Shown one piece after another: positions 1 to 9,900 of a stretch of 64,000 nucleotides of DNA. The translations under genes and the position numbers were made by a program. This DNA comes from a virus (lineage: Duplodnaviria; Caudoviricetes). The DNA lies in IMG/VR virus record IMGVR_UViG_3300013121_000005, positions 128,001 through 192,000 of that record. One strand, written 5' to 3'. Below the pieces are notes generated by a model, which was not told the DNA's origin, ran no database searches, and saw nothing but the letters and a program-made list of their open reading frames with translations. How positions within the stretch are numbered: the first letter of the stretch is position 1; each line of letters begins with the position of its first letter.

Positions 1-165
1 TTGGTTGTGGGTGAGAATGTGCCTCGGCAAGCTCCCGATGCATCTCCAGCAGAGACTCCAGCAGGCCCGGATGAGGGTCCGGGGGCAACTCCGGATGAAG
101 TTCTGATGGGTAAGTCAGCATCAGCGGATTGGGACTTGTATCAACACCCTTGGGGCGACGCTTAG
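1..165 (+). CDS. 3' end of a hypothetical protein (partial; ...GATPDEVLMGKSASADWDLYQHPWGDA*)
   Basis: Frame 1 is open from the window edge to TAG at 163-165, 10 nt before the next ATG. Confidence 0.65.
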   Translation: MVVGENVPRQAPDASPAETPAGPDEGPGATPDEVLMGKSASADWDLYQHPWGDA

Positions 166-175
166 AAAGACGACC

Positions 176-928
176 ATGGCAGCTCAATTTACAGAAGTCA
201 CGCTGGAAGAGATGGACAAGTTCCTTCGGCGGAGCTGGCGTGCGCTCCGCCCAAAGCAGGGTACAGAGCGGCGAGAGGTCTACTATGACCTCTCAGTGAG
301 CCCTCATGTGGTTATCCGAGTATGGACCTCTATTGGAGTAGGGCGTGAGGTAGGAGCTGATATTGGTTCGGATGCTATCCGAATTCAGCTACTTTCTCGT
401 AAGGGGTTTTCGCTTACAAAAGGGAAGTCCCCAATTGTCAAACGTACACAGGGGTGGCGTAACAATCTTCAAGAGCGGGTTGAGGACTACTTGGAGTTGT
501 ATGACGACCGGGAGGAATACTTTGAGGAGCGTGCTGTAGGGGAGCGGTCGGCTCCAGCCCCTGAGCCTACTCCTCCTCGTCGTGAGCAAGAGCGGGAAGA
601 GCGGGAAGAAGAGGAGCGGGAAGAACGTCCTTCCTCCTCTCGCCCTGAAGCCAAAGCCACCTTCACTCGGTTGAAGGATGGTTCTTGGGGGCTCAGGGTG
701 GAAGGCAAGGTTCGGGAAGGCGATAGAGTTATCGCAGTTCGCCAGAATGGGTCTTCCCAGGTTATGACTTGCGGGACTGTTGTTTGGAGTGGCCCTGATC
801 GGCACACCGGGAAGTACCTAACAATTACCACAATTGGTGGCTCTAAGAGAGCTAGCAGTGAAGAAGAATGTGGGTGTGAGGAATCGGACAGCGACGAGGG
901 CTATGACTACAGCCGACGTGAGGTGTAG
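176..928 (+). CDS. Hypothetical two-domain phage protein (alpha/beta domain, acidic linker, small SH3-like beta domain)
   Basis: 250-aa ORF. N-domain VWTSIG..DAIRIQL..KRTQGWRNNL, then an E/R-rich linker, then C-domain ATFTRLKDGSWGLRV..GDRV..VVWSG. Confidence 0.8.
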   Translation: MAAQFTEVTLEEMDKFLRRSWRALRPKQGTERREVYYDLSVSPHVVIRVWTSIGVGREVGADIGSDAIRIQLLSRKGFSLTKGKSPIVKRTQGWRNNLQERVEDYLELYDDREEYFEERAVGERSAPAPEPTPPRREQEREEREEEEREERPSSSRPEAKATFTRLKDGSWGLRVEGKVREGDRVIAVRQNGSSQVMTCGTVVWSGPDRHTGKYLTITTIGGSKRASSEEECGCEESDSDEGYDYSRREV

Positions 929-937
929 ACCTATCCT

Positions 938-1801
938 TTGATGCAAGCAGTTGAGCTAACCTTTCAGGTTTTGGTAGATGCTACACATCCTTCAGTTAGG
1001 GAGGATGTGATCTCGTTCGAGACTGGGGCATCGAGGGCTCAGACGCAGGACCCAGCCCTATTCGCCTATGAGCATCATGGTCCAGAGTTTGGCCCTGGGG
1101 ATCCCGGGGCTCTTACTCGATTTTACGAGGACTTGGTGCTCGGTGTCCCCTTGCCATTGACGATGGCACTTCGAGAGGTCAGTAGGGTTGACACGGTTGT
1201 TGCGGTTGCCCTTTTTCTGTACCGAGACCTTCCAGTACACCCGACAACCCCTGGGTTTGTAGCTGCTGTAGACCTCATCCATCGCAGGGGGCCGTCCTTC
1301 TTGGGGCATGTAGGGGCGGACCTTGCTCGGTTCCTTCAGGGGCTGGAGATGTTCTTTACCCCTTCTCTCTCCAAGGAAGAGCGTGGAGAACGTCTTGGGG
1401 TGGCAGCTCAATGGATTCGAGGGTACATATTGGAAGGGGTTTTGCCTAACTTGGGCCCTAGAGCCCCAGAGGTGAGAGTCCTAGATGTGGGGACGAATGG
1501 ATTCGTTCTTGCTGAATCTATTCGTCCTGGGGTTGAAGCGTGGTCCGAGTTGTACCGACAGGGACATCTTCGAGGGGTTCTTTTAGGCCCCTTGAAGGGT
1601 GAATCCCGTGTGGTACAGGCTTCCAAGAAGAGCGAGAGAGTTCCATTTGACCTCTTTCGGGCGGCAGTTGTATTGAATGAGTTGGAGACCTTAGGGGGAG
1701 GAGATCCATCTTGGAAAGTGGAAGGGTTAACCTTGTTTAGCCCAGAGGATGGTACGGACCTCCTCGTTAGCTATCTTCTTGAGGTCTTCCTTCGAGTGTG
1801 A
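938..1801 (+). CDS. Hypothetical protein, possibly a divergent DHH-like phosphoesterase fold (likely start ATG 941)
   Basis: 287-aa ORF with AYEHHG followed by SRVDTVVAVALF and AAVDLIH, which resemble degenerate DHH-family motifs. The function call is weak. Confidence 0.6.
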   Translation: MMQAVELTFQVLVDATHPSVREDVISFETGASRAQTQDPALFAYEHHGPEFGPGDPGALTRFYEDLVLGVPLPLTMALREVSRVDTVVAVALFLYRDLPVHPTTPGFVAAVDLIHRRGPSFLGHVGADLARFLQGLEMFFTPSLSKEERGERLGVAAQWIRGYILEGVLPNLGPRAPEVRVLDVGTNGFVLAESIRPGVEAWSELYRQGHLRGVLLGPLKGESRVVQASKKSERVPFDLFRAAVVLNELETLGGGDPSWKVEGLTLFSPEDGTDLLVSYLLEVFLRV

Positions 1802-1829
1802 GGATCTTGTTGTCTAATCTTCCTGGTGC

Positions 1830-3521
1830 ATGGGAAGTAGAACCTTGGTCACTGTCGCAACGGATGGTTTCCGCGATTACGTGGAGTTGCCAGATGGGCG
1901 TACCCTAAATCTGGGTTCCGTTTCGGTTCTCAACTTGATAGTGAGGCTAGTGGACAGCTCGGCCGTTGCACGCAAGGCTTTGGACCTGTTTCTTGCAAAT
2001 GGGCACACAACTGTTGCCGTAGATGTGCAAGCGTTGGAGGAGCTGTTGCGCCCTAAACGAGCAAGATGGTCACATGAGAATCGTTTTATCTCACCTTGTT
2101 CTCAGACACCTCTTGACCTTGGAGCTAAGAGTTACCCCATGTCCTCTCAGGATCTATTCCTAACCAAGTTAGCGGCTCTTGATGACCTTCTATCGACCTT
2201 TGGGCAAGGCAAACCGTCCGCTGCTCAATTTGGGAAGTTAGGTTCCCTTTCACGTTCGCTTCTAGGTACGGCTATTGAGGCGGCGGTAGTGGACGAGGAC
2301 TTGAAGTTTGAATTGCAGGTGTTTCTGGACAACGAGGCCAAACTCTACAACCAGAAGAAGAGCATCATTGCTAACATCATGCGTAAGCTAAAGGCAGGGA
2401 AGTACGACCCTCGGCTGGCGCCTAAACTCTGGCTGTATTGGGTTGATGCAGGGGCTAAGTTGTATCAACAAGAGATGGACCTTAAAATTCCAAGGAATGT
2501 GCGTGAGGCGCTAGCAGAAGAGATCGCGGATAGCGAGTATCGACGTATTCAGGATGGGGAATACGGCAACTTGGCCAAGATGGCGACTGAAGAGAAGGAG
2601 TCTCGGTTTGAGGAGGGCAAGCCTGCTGACCCAACTGAGAACATGTCTCCTGAGGACGCTAAGAAATGGCGAGAGGAGCACTTGAATAACAAGGATAACT
2701 TCAAGTCTGCCGCAGAGGTTACCGCTTCTCGAACTAAGCATCTTCCTGGGGAAGATGAGGACCATACAGCTTGTGGGGAACAAGCTCGGAAGGATACGCT
2801 GGTAGATTCCGTGAAGGACGCTACTTGTTACTACTGCAAGCAGGCTTGGGAGAGGAAGCATAAGGCAGCATCTTTTGACCCTAGGTTCGCTTCTCGCTCA
2901 GCTAATGAGGCTTTTGCGACAAACTTGTTGGCTGAAATCAATTCTGCTCTTGTGGCTGTAGAGCAGAGCAAGAAGGCGAATGGGGTTCTTGCCAAGAAGG
3001 ATCTTCACACTATTTCTGAGAAGTTAGTGACCGCTCTTCAGGAAGAGTCTCCTTCAAGTCTTGGGGCAACCCTTTGGGACCTTAGGGCTAAGACAGCTAA
3101 GATTTACACTCACTTTGCTGGCGCAAAGCGAGATACGGACAGCGAAGCTCGTCACCTTAATACTGTCGTTGAAGAGGGCATTGCAGCTTTTGGGCAAGTT
3201 GTTCGTAAAGACTCTCAACTCACGCTAAAGAGGGGTTGGGAAGATACCCTCTATCCGGTAGCGGTTAAGGTTGTACAGCTCAGTAAAACGGCTGCTAACC
3301 ACTCGTTCTCGACTTTTCCTGAAGTACTCAAGGGAGCTTGGGATGCTCGCCTCCAAGTGCAGCAGCTTGATATGGCTTGTGCTAGATTGGCTAATGCTGA
3401 TTATGCAGAACTTGGGATTGATGCAGATTCCGAGAGCTTCAATCGCGCAAAGGAGGCTTTCCGAGAAGCTGAGGGAGCCCTTGGTAGGGCGCATGCTATA
3501 CTCAAGCGGATGGGGATGTGA
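1830..3521 (+). CDS. Multi-module hypothetical protein, candidate virion-internal cargo protein
   Basis: 563 aa of short unrelated modules: a helical FLDNEAKLYNQ..KGKYD..KLW-type module, FEEGKPADPTENMSPEDAKKW, and an H..C..CYYC zinc-finger-like segment, separated by K/R-x-A linkers. Confidence 0.75.
   Translation: MGSRTLVTVATDGFRDYVELPDGRTLNLGSVSVLNLIVRLVDSSAVARKALDLFLANGHTTVAVDVQALEELLRPKRARWSHENRFISPCSQTPLDLGAKSYPMSSQDLFLTKLAALDDLLSTFGQGKPSAAQFGKLGSLSRSLLGTAIEAAVVDEDLKFELQVFLDNEAKLYNQKKSIIANIMRKLKAGKYDPRLAPKLWLYWVDAGAKLYQQEMDLKIPRNVREALAEEIADSEYRRIQDGEYGNLAKMATEEKESRFEEGKPADPTENMSPEDAKKWREEHLNNKDNFKSAAEVTASRTKHLPGEDEDHTACGEQARKDTLVDSVKDATCYYCKQAWERKHKAASFDPRFASRSANEAFATNLLAEINSALVAVEQSKKANGVLAKKDLHTISEKLVTALQEESPSSLGATLWDLRAKTAKIYTHFAGAKRDTDSEARHLNTVVEEGIAAFGQVVRKDSQLTLKRGWEDTLYPVAVKVVQLSKTAANHSFSTFPEVLKGAWDARLQVQQLDMACARLANADYAELGIDADSESFNRAKEAFREAEGALGRAHAILKRMGM
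2079..2089 (+). promoter_or_regulatory. Putative late promoter motif inside ORF 1830..3521 (AATCGTTTTAT)
   Basis: 12/14 identical to AATCGTTCAATCTC at 46483 and 12/14 to AAACCTTTTATCTC at 35506. In-frame ATG at 2139. Confidence 0.45.
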
Positions 3522-3569
3522 TTCACATTGGTCTTGAGTGGGTTTGATTCTTGAAAGGCGGAGTGTAAG

Positions 3570-4295
3570 ATGGGATCTCCTCGTGAATTGGATAGCTACA
3601 TTTACCGGATGGGCACTGCGCCCAACACCCGTGTTGCCGTTAGCCAGAAGAACAAGGTCTATGGCTACATGGTGGGCAAGCAGAAGTTCCAGCAGATCGG
3701 AGTGATCTCGGAGTTCGGCTTCGACGAGTCGAGGACCATTGACCCGGTTCGTGGCGTCGGCTTTGGTGATCAGGTCGCTGAGCTGGTGCCTGGCGTCACG
3801 GAGCCAATGACACTCACGCTGAACCGTACATTGCTCTACACCGTGAACATCTTTCAGGTTCTCGGGTACAAGGGTGGTGTTGAGGGTCTTGTGAGGTCGC
3901 TCCGTCATCACCGCTGGCCGTTTGACCTCAAGCAAGAGTTGGTCTTCTCCGAGATCAGCTCAAGGGATGACGTTGTGGGGGTCCCCGTTGCCCCGAAGCA
4001 AGCTGTTCAACTTCCCAGTGGGGTTCAGAACCTTGCTACCAATGCCATCAAGGCGCTTTTCACTTTCTATGAGGGCTGCTGGCTCAACAGCTACAGTGCC
4101 TCGTTTACATCGGACGCCGCGATGGTTGCTGAGAACAGCTCCGTTACGGTAACTGACATCATTGACGGGTTCTCGAACTACAGCGAGTTCATGGACACGG
4201 GGCTAGCTCCAATTGGTTCCAATGGGGCTGCTGGTGCAGGGTACTCTCTTCGGTTCTCTGGTGGGGCGTCGCCTAATACAACGGTTGGCGCGTAA
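3570..4295 (+). CDS. Tail tube protein
   Basis: 241 aa with IGVISEFGFDESRTIDPVRGVG..ELVPG..LTLNR, WPFDLKQ and YEGCWLNSYSASF..MVAENSSVTVTDI (tube-protein pattern). It lies upstream of the chaperones and tape measure and has a C-ending codon bias suggesting high expression. Confidence 0.85.
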   Translation: MGSPRELDSYIYRMGTAPNTRVAVSQKNKVYGYMVGKQKFQQIGVISEFGFDESRTIDPVRGVGFGDQVAELVPGVTEPMTLTLNRTLLYTVNIFQVLGYKGGVEGLVRSLRHHRWPFDLKQELVFSEISSRDDVVGVPVAPKQAVQLPSGVQNLATNAIKALFTFYEGCWLNSYSASFTSDAAMVAENSSVTVTDIIDGFSNYSEFMDTGLAPIGSNGAAGAGYSLRFSGGASPNTTVGA

Positions 4296-4328
4296 CTTTA
4301 ACTAGAGACCTTCGGTTTCCCCCTAACA

Positions 4329-4465
4329 GAGAGTGGACAAGCGGTTGGATGTGGATGTAGATGTATACAGACAAACCAGACCAGATTTAGATCGGTTTCC
4401 TTCGGTTTTCACCTAGATTGAATCCAGATGTACACCTACCCCCTCCTTCCCGCTCTGTCCTTCTC
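4329..4465 (+). ncRNA. Candidate structured intergenic RNA element (long irregular hairpin with inner stems)
   Basis: Nested complementarity: GAGA4329/TCTC4462, GGACA4335/TGTCC4456, AGCGG4340/CCGCT4450, GGA4347/TCC4444, GTAG4357/CTAC4436, TGTATA4362/TGTACA4429. Inner AAACC/GGTTT, AGACC/GGTTT and GAT-TTAG-ATC. It sits in the largest non-coding gap of the window. Confidence 0.5.
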
Positions 4466-4491
4466 CACACCCTCAACTAAGGTGCGAGAGA

Positions 4492-5685
4492 ATGGCAACC
4501 CTTTCGGCAAAGAAAATCAAAGATGCGCTCAAGAAGGCGCAGAACGTTGGGCAGGTAGAGGAATCGATTACCATCGACGGGTGTGAGATTGTTCTTCAAA
4601 GTCTCACACCGGATGGCTATGCAGCAGTCAGCACGGACATTGATGAGATTCCAGAAGGAATCGGCTACCTCAATGCATTCAAGCGCGAGCACCTAGCCCG
4701 GTCGCTTGTGGAGGTCAACGGAGTTAGTCTTCGCGGGGTGGACCTGGTTGAGGTTGAGGTTGAGGAGTTTGACCCCAAAACGCAGCAGCCTGTTCTCAAG
4801 TTGGTTAAGGTAGAACGGCATGCTTTTGTCCGGGACCATGTTATCAATACATGGGCGCGAGAAGCGATTGACGTTGCGTTTCGTAAGTTCAACGAAGTAG
4901 TGGGTAAGGCTGAAAAGCTGGCTTCTGCTGGGGTGACTTTTTCGATTCCAGATGAGACCGAGGCTGAGAAGTATCGTCGGCTCCTTGTTGAAGCTAAGGA
5001 AGTTGAAGGGTCTATCCCAGTAGAGGTCTCTACTCGAATTCGAGGGGACCTTGGGTTTATCGTCTCACCCCAACCTACGGAATATGCAGCAGCTACGGAC
5101 AGGCTGTCTAAGTTGGCGGAGCAAGAAGGGGGTAGGCCAGAGGAGCGCAAGACCGTTGAGGGGTCTTCTGATGCCTCGCAAGGGGCTCGGGTAACTCCTC
5201 CTGCCCCTTCCCCCCCTCCTCCTGCCCCTTCCCCCCCTGCTCAGGTCGAACAGGAGGTGTTGCTTGTTCGACCCGCAGTCCCTATCCCGGGTTATACCCC
5301 TCCTACCCCTGAGGAGTTGATGGCAGGGAGGCAACCTCTCAATCGGGTTCCAGTCCCAGTTCCAGTCCCAGCCTCAGTTGCTACAGCAGCAGCCCCCCCT
5401 CCTAACATTCAAGTTAAGCCAGTCCTCCCAGCCTCTGAGGCAGCTCTTCGGAGAGCGGCTGAAATTGCAGCCCTGGAGGGGGAAGTTGGAGGCGACGATC
5501 CTTCTGCCTATTCTGTTGAAGGCGGGACGTGGTTTCCTGGGCAGAACCCTGGGGGTGGAAATTCCCAGGCTATAGAGTTGTCTCGTCAGCAGCCTAAGCT
5601 AGACCCGAAAGAGGCTGAGCGTATCATTGACCAACCCCCTATAGCGGGCATTAACCCTAGATTTCGCCCTCCGCCTAGGATTTGA
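4492..5685 (+). CDS. Tail assembly chaperone-like protein with Pro-rich C-terminal extension
   Basis: Between tube and tape measure. ITIDGCEIVLQSLT..HLARSLVEVNGVSL domain followed by a long Pro/Ala-rich tail. Confidence 0.65.
   Translation: MATLSAKKIKDALKKAQNVGQVEESITIDGCEIVLQSLTPDGYAAVSTDIDEIPEGIGYLNAFKREHLARSLVEVNGVSLRGVDLVEVEVEEFDPKTQQPVLKLVKVERHAFVRDHVINTWAREAIDVAFRKFNEVVGKAEKLASAGVTFSIPDETEAEKYRRLLVEAKEVEGSIPVEVSTRIRGDLGFIVSPQPTEYAAATDRLSKLAEQEGGRPEERKTVEGSSDASQGARVTPPAPSPPPPAPSPPAQVEQEVLLVRPAVPIPGYTPPTPEELMAGRQPLNRVPVPVPVPASVATAAAPPPNIQVKPVLPASEAALRRAAEIAALEGEVGGDDPSAYSVEGGTWFPGQNPGGGNSQAIELSRQQPKLDPKEAERIIDQPPIAGINPRFRPPPRI
5195..5236 (+). repeat. 21-bp tandem duplication (CTCCTCCTGCCCCTTCCCCCC x2) encoding PPAPSPP
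   Basis: Direct repeat read from the sequence. Confidence 0.9.
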
Positions 5686-6977
5686 GAATGGGTTCGTCTC
5701 AAATCAATGAGGCGATTAATCGGATAGTCCAAGGGGAGGAGGAAGCAGCCCCTCCCCTTGATGACGAAGGTATTCGTATTCCCATCTCTAAGGAGCCTGA
5801 GGTAGACCCTAAGGTATACCGGGATGTGGAGAGCCTCTTATTCCGTGGGTTCCTGACCTTTTCGGGGGAGGTCAATGGCGTTTCCTTTGTGTTCAAGTCT
5901 TTGAACCACCATGAATTTGAAACGGTCCAGTGGATTTCAGGGGCAGAGGTCGCAAACGAAAGATACTACAACACTTTTTTGGCTTTCGGCGTCTTCATGC
6001 TTGAAGGACAGAACATCCTTCTTGAGAGGGAGCGTTGGCTCCCAAGTATCATCGAGACTTTCGGCAGTCTCCCTTCTGTAGCTAAGTCTAAAATCGTTAG
6101 GTATCTCAGCGAGGTCAATAGAAGGGCGGCGAATGCGGTAATTCTGACTGAGGCGTACCAAATGGAGCCCTTTTCTAGGTTTCGGTGGGCCCAATTGCAC
6201 GGTATTGACTTGGGGTCTACTGCGGTTTCGGGGATCCCTGGGAGTGCGAATCTTGGTATGAACTTTGGGCAACTCGCATGGAGAGCCCTCAACTATTACG
6301 CGGACCTGAAAGACCGGGCAGAGCGTGAGTGGGACCACGCGAAGTTTGTGGGTGGATGTTTCGTGGGCGGTAAGGAAATCCGTAAGATTCACAACCAAGA
6401 CCAGGAACGTCGTAGGAAGGAGAAAGAGGAGAAGGCGGAGCGGAAAGACAAGCTGATCCGGCAGATCCTACTTGGGGAGGATCCCGAGAAAGAAGCTAAG
6501 GATGGGCCTGTCAGAATTGTGGCGAGGACGGTTGAGGAGTTGGCGTCTCAGTTGGAGCGTGACCTTCGAGGGGAGCGTGACTGGCACGATGAGATTGTAG
6601 CTCGGGAAGAGGAGAGGATTCGAGCTTCCATTCGGGATCGTCAGGTAAAACTTCGTCAGCTAGTTAAGTCTCGGGAGGCAGAGAGCCGTTCTTCGTTGGC
6701 GTCTTCTACTGATATGTCCGGGTTGTCGCGTGAGGAAGTGCAGGAACGCATTTTGAGACAACGCCAGCTTCAAGCTCAGCAGGCAGCGTCCCAACTTGTG
6801 TACCCTGAAATGATGGATGAACGAATGGAAGGTTTCCTGGGTAAGTACGTGGAGCCAGAGGATCATACTTATGGATCCGGTGCTGTGAAGAGCACCGTGC
6901 AACCAACCAATCGGGACCCTTCGTCGGCTCAAGAGTTACCCCCAGCACGTCCACGTGGGACCCCTTTTCGGAGATGA
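5682..6977 (+). CDS. Second tail assembly chaperone-like protein (paralog of 4492..5685; likely start ATG 5688)
   Basis: EVNGVSFVFKSLN..FLAFGVFMLEGQNI aligns with the domain in the upstream gene. Charged helical C-half; directly precedes the tape measure. Confidence 0.6.
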   Translation: MRMGSSQINEAINRIVQGEEEAAPPLDDEGIRIPISKEPEVDPKVYRDVESLLFRGFLTFSGEVNGVSFVFKSLNHHEFETVQWISGAEVANERYYNTFLAFGVFMLEGQNILLERERWLPSIIETFGSLPSVAKSKIVRYLSEVNRRAANAVILTEAYQMEPFSRFRWAQLHGIDLGSTAVSGIPGSANLGMNFGQLAWRALNYYADLKDRAEREWDHAKFVGGCFVGGKEIRKIHNQDQERRRKEKEEKAERKDKLIRQILLGEDPEKEAKDGPVRIVARTVEELASQLERDLRGERDWHDEIVAREEERIRASIRDRQVKLRQLVKSREAESRSSLASSTDMSGLSREEVQERILRQRQLQAQQAASQLVYPEMMDERMEGFLGKYVEPEDHTYGSGAVKSTVQPTNRDPSSAQELPPARPRGTPFRR

Positions 6978-6980
6978 CGT

Positions 6981-9900
6981 ATGGCTTCTCGTGAGGAACT
7001 CGATCTCGCTTTCAATGTCGAGCTGAACACGCGCAAGCTTGTTACGCAGATGGCCGCTTTTGACCGGTCTATCCAGCGTACCTCAATGGACCTTGGTAAT
7101 CTGTCGAAGAAGGCTAGTGCTTTTGGGCGAAGCTACGAAGCTAACTTCAAGAGTGCCGAAGAGGCTATGGACCAGTTTCGGAAGACGGTTATTAAGAATG
7201 AGAGTCGCATTCGTAACGCCCGTCTGGATGAGGAAAAAGCTTCTACCGAGGACGAACGGAAGGCCGCCGCTGAACGGTTGAGTATTGCTGAAAAGGCTGC
7301 TAGCCAAGCTATTCGACTAGCGCGTGAAACTGCTCAGGAGTCAATCAAGCTAGCCCGGGAGTCAGCTAAAGAGGCCCAGAAGGTGTTGATCCAGTCCATG
7401 GACTTTGGGGCTCTCACTCAGGAGTTCTCGAAGGCTGCTGCAAAGACGGACTGGACAGAGTTTCGGGACAATCTTCAGAACGAGCTGAAAGAAGGTTTGG
7501 AGGAAGGGTTTGACTCCTTCAAGGGCAAGGACCTATCGGGGATCATTAAAGGGTCTGGGAAGTTCGGGTCTGCTCTTCTGAAGGGACTTGGGGCTGGGGG
7601 TGGTGCAGCTTTGGTGCGAGGTGGCGCAAAGCTGCAAGAACGTGGTGCTGATATGGGAGGGAAGGGAGGCGCTGCTCTCAAGCTCGTTGGGAGTGCGATG
7701 GGCAGGTTGGGGCCCGTCCTTGGTACCGTCGCGAAGCTGGGACCCTTGGTAGCAAGTGCTGCCTCAATTTTTGCAGCCCTGGTCAAGACTGTACTTGATG
7801 TAGAAGCGGCGGCGAAGGGGATGAACAAGGAAATCCTAGAGTCTGCGGGGGCTGCGGACATCTTGTATGAGCACGGAGGGGATGCCCAAGGGGCCTTCAA
7901 AGAGTTGGACAAGACGTTCGATAGGATTCGAGCTGACGCTACAAACATCGCCGAGAATATCAAGTTCGGCATGAAAGCCGAAGACATCATCAACGTCACT
8001 AAGGGTTTCAATCAAGCAGGGGTATCCCTTTCGTCGTTGAACAAGTCTTTCTCTAATGCTGGGAATGCAGCAGAGGTTGCTGGGGCTCAAATCCAAGGGT
8101 TTGGTGACCTTGCTCGTATGAGCTTTATCTACTCCCGGATAATGGGGGTGGGGCTTTCAGAGATTACTGAGCTACAAGGGGAGATGTTCACAGAACTGGG
8201 CATGAGTCTCTCCGGGATTCGATTGCAGTTTGCTACAATGACGAAAGATGCGACAGAGGGAGGTATTGCCACCAACAAGTTCTTCAACATCATTCGTGGT
8301 ATCTCTGCCGACCTGGCGCTTTACACAACGCGCATGGGGCAAGCTACGACAATGCTGAAGCTCCTTGGAAAGGTGATGAATCCCCGGGAAGCTCAGAAAT
8401 TCATGCAGACGGCTGTCCAGGGCCTCAAGCAGATGGGGGAGGAAGACCGTATTCGCCTCACACTTCTTGCGGGCGAGGGGAAGATGAGGGAAGTCATTAC
8501 CAAGGACTTGAACCGGAAGACGAAGCTGGCTTATGCGGATTTGGCTAGTGCCTCGGGTCAGACTCTTGAGAAGGTTTCCAGAGCGGCGGCGGCCGGAGGG
8601 GATGAGATCGAAGAGATCCTAGCGAAGGTTCCGAAGGAACAAGCTGCTGCATTCCGAAGTGCAATGGCAGAGATGAAGATGGACAAGAATGCCATGCAAA
8701 AGGGAGGGCTGGTGGGTGTTTCCGAAGCAGCCTCCAACCTTTCTGCGGCCGGATCCCTTACAGCTACTAAAGCAGCTCTTCAGCGATTCGGGGGTAACAA
8801 GAAACTTTCTGAGATGACAGGTCTTCAAGCTCTGGCAGCTCGAAAGGCATCGGGCACATCCTTGGAGCAATTCCGAAGCATGGCCAAGATGGAGCAGGCT
8901 GTAGATGAACAGAAAGAGGTAATGCGAAAAGCGTTTGAGGCGCAGAAGAGTGGATCGGTCAACGAGGAGCAAACGAAGATTCTTGCTAGGTTGGAGGCAA
9001 TCGACATCACCTCAGCGGATCAGCTTAAAGCCGCAGATGACGCTGATATCATTGCGGCAATGGACCGTACGAGTCAAGAGGCCATTGCTGCCGCTGCGGA
9101 ACAGAAGGACTATGCTGCTGAAACCGCTAAGGCTACTTCCACGGTCGCAGATAAGTTGGAAGTCGTCATTGAGGGCATCTTCGAGTACCTCTTTGTTGCC
9201 TTGAAGGATGTCCTTTCAGACTTGAACGAGTTCATCAATCTTGTTGCTGCTTACACGAGAACAGCACGACCAGAGAAGGAAACTCGGGATCGTCTTCGTG
9301 CAGGTAGAACTGCTAGTAACGGGAAGCTAATTGACGCTTTGCAGCGTGCAGCAGCAGGGGATGCGCCGGGGAATCTTGGCGACAAGTTGCGTACTGTCAT
9401 TGAGCCTGCCTTTGCAAAGGGGATGAGTCAATCTGCTGAGGAGTCCAAGAAGGCTTTTGAAACAGCCTCGGTTGAGGCCGCAAAGAAGGCGAAGGGGGCG
9501 GGTCTCACGAAAGAGGAAATGGAGGCTGCCGTTAAGAACGGGCAGGAGGCGTATAGCAAGGCGTCTGCTGAACAGCAGATGGGGGGTAAGGCGCAGAACG
9601 ATCTTTCGGAAATCGCGGCGATTGCAAGTAAGGACCTCCTCCAGAAGTCTGCTCAATTCTCGGAAATCGACACGGACAAGAAGGCCAAGTTTCAGGCTGC
9701 TTTGGGACAAGGTAGGAGCCTCTCTGGTGCCGCAAATGAGGCTGGGCTTTCTGCTAAGGACATGCAGGGGCTCATGGAGGAAACCCTTAAACGAATGAGC
9801 CCTGAAGACCTCGCACGGCTTGCGCCGAAGCTTCAGACCGTCGAAGCAGGGTTTGGAGGTATAAAGAATCGTCCTCAGCTACCTCCAGGGACTCCTGTGG

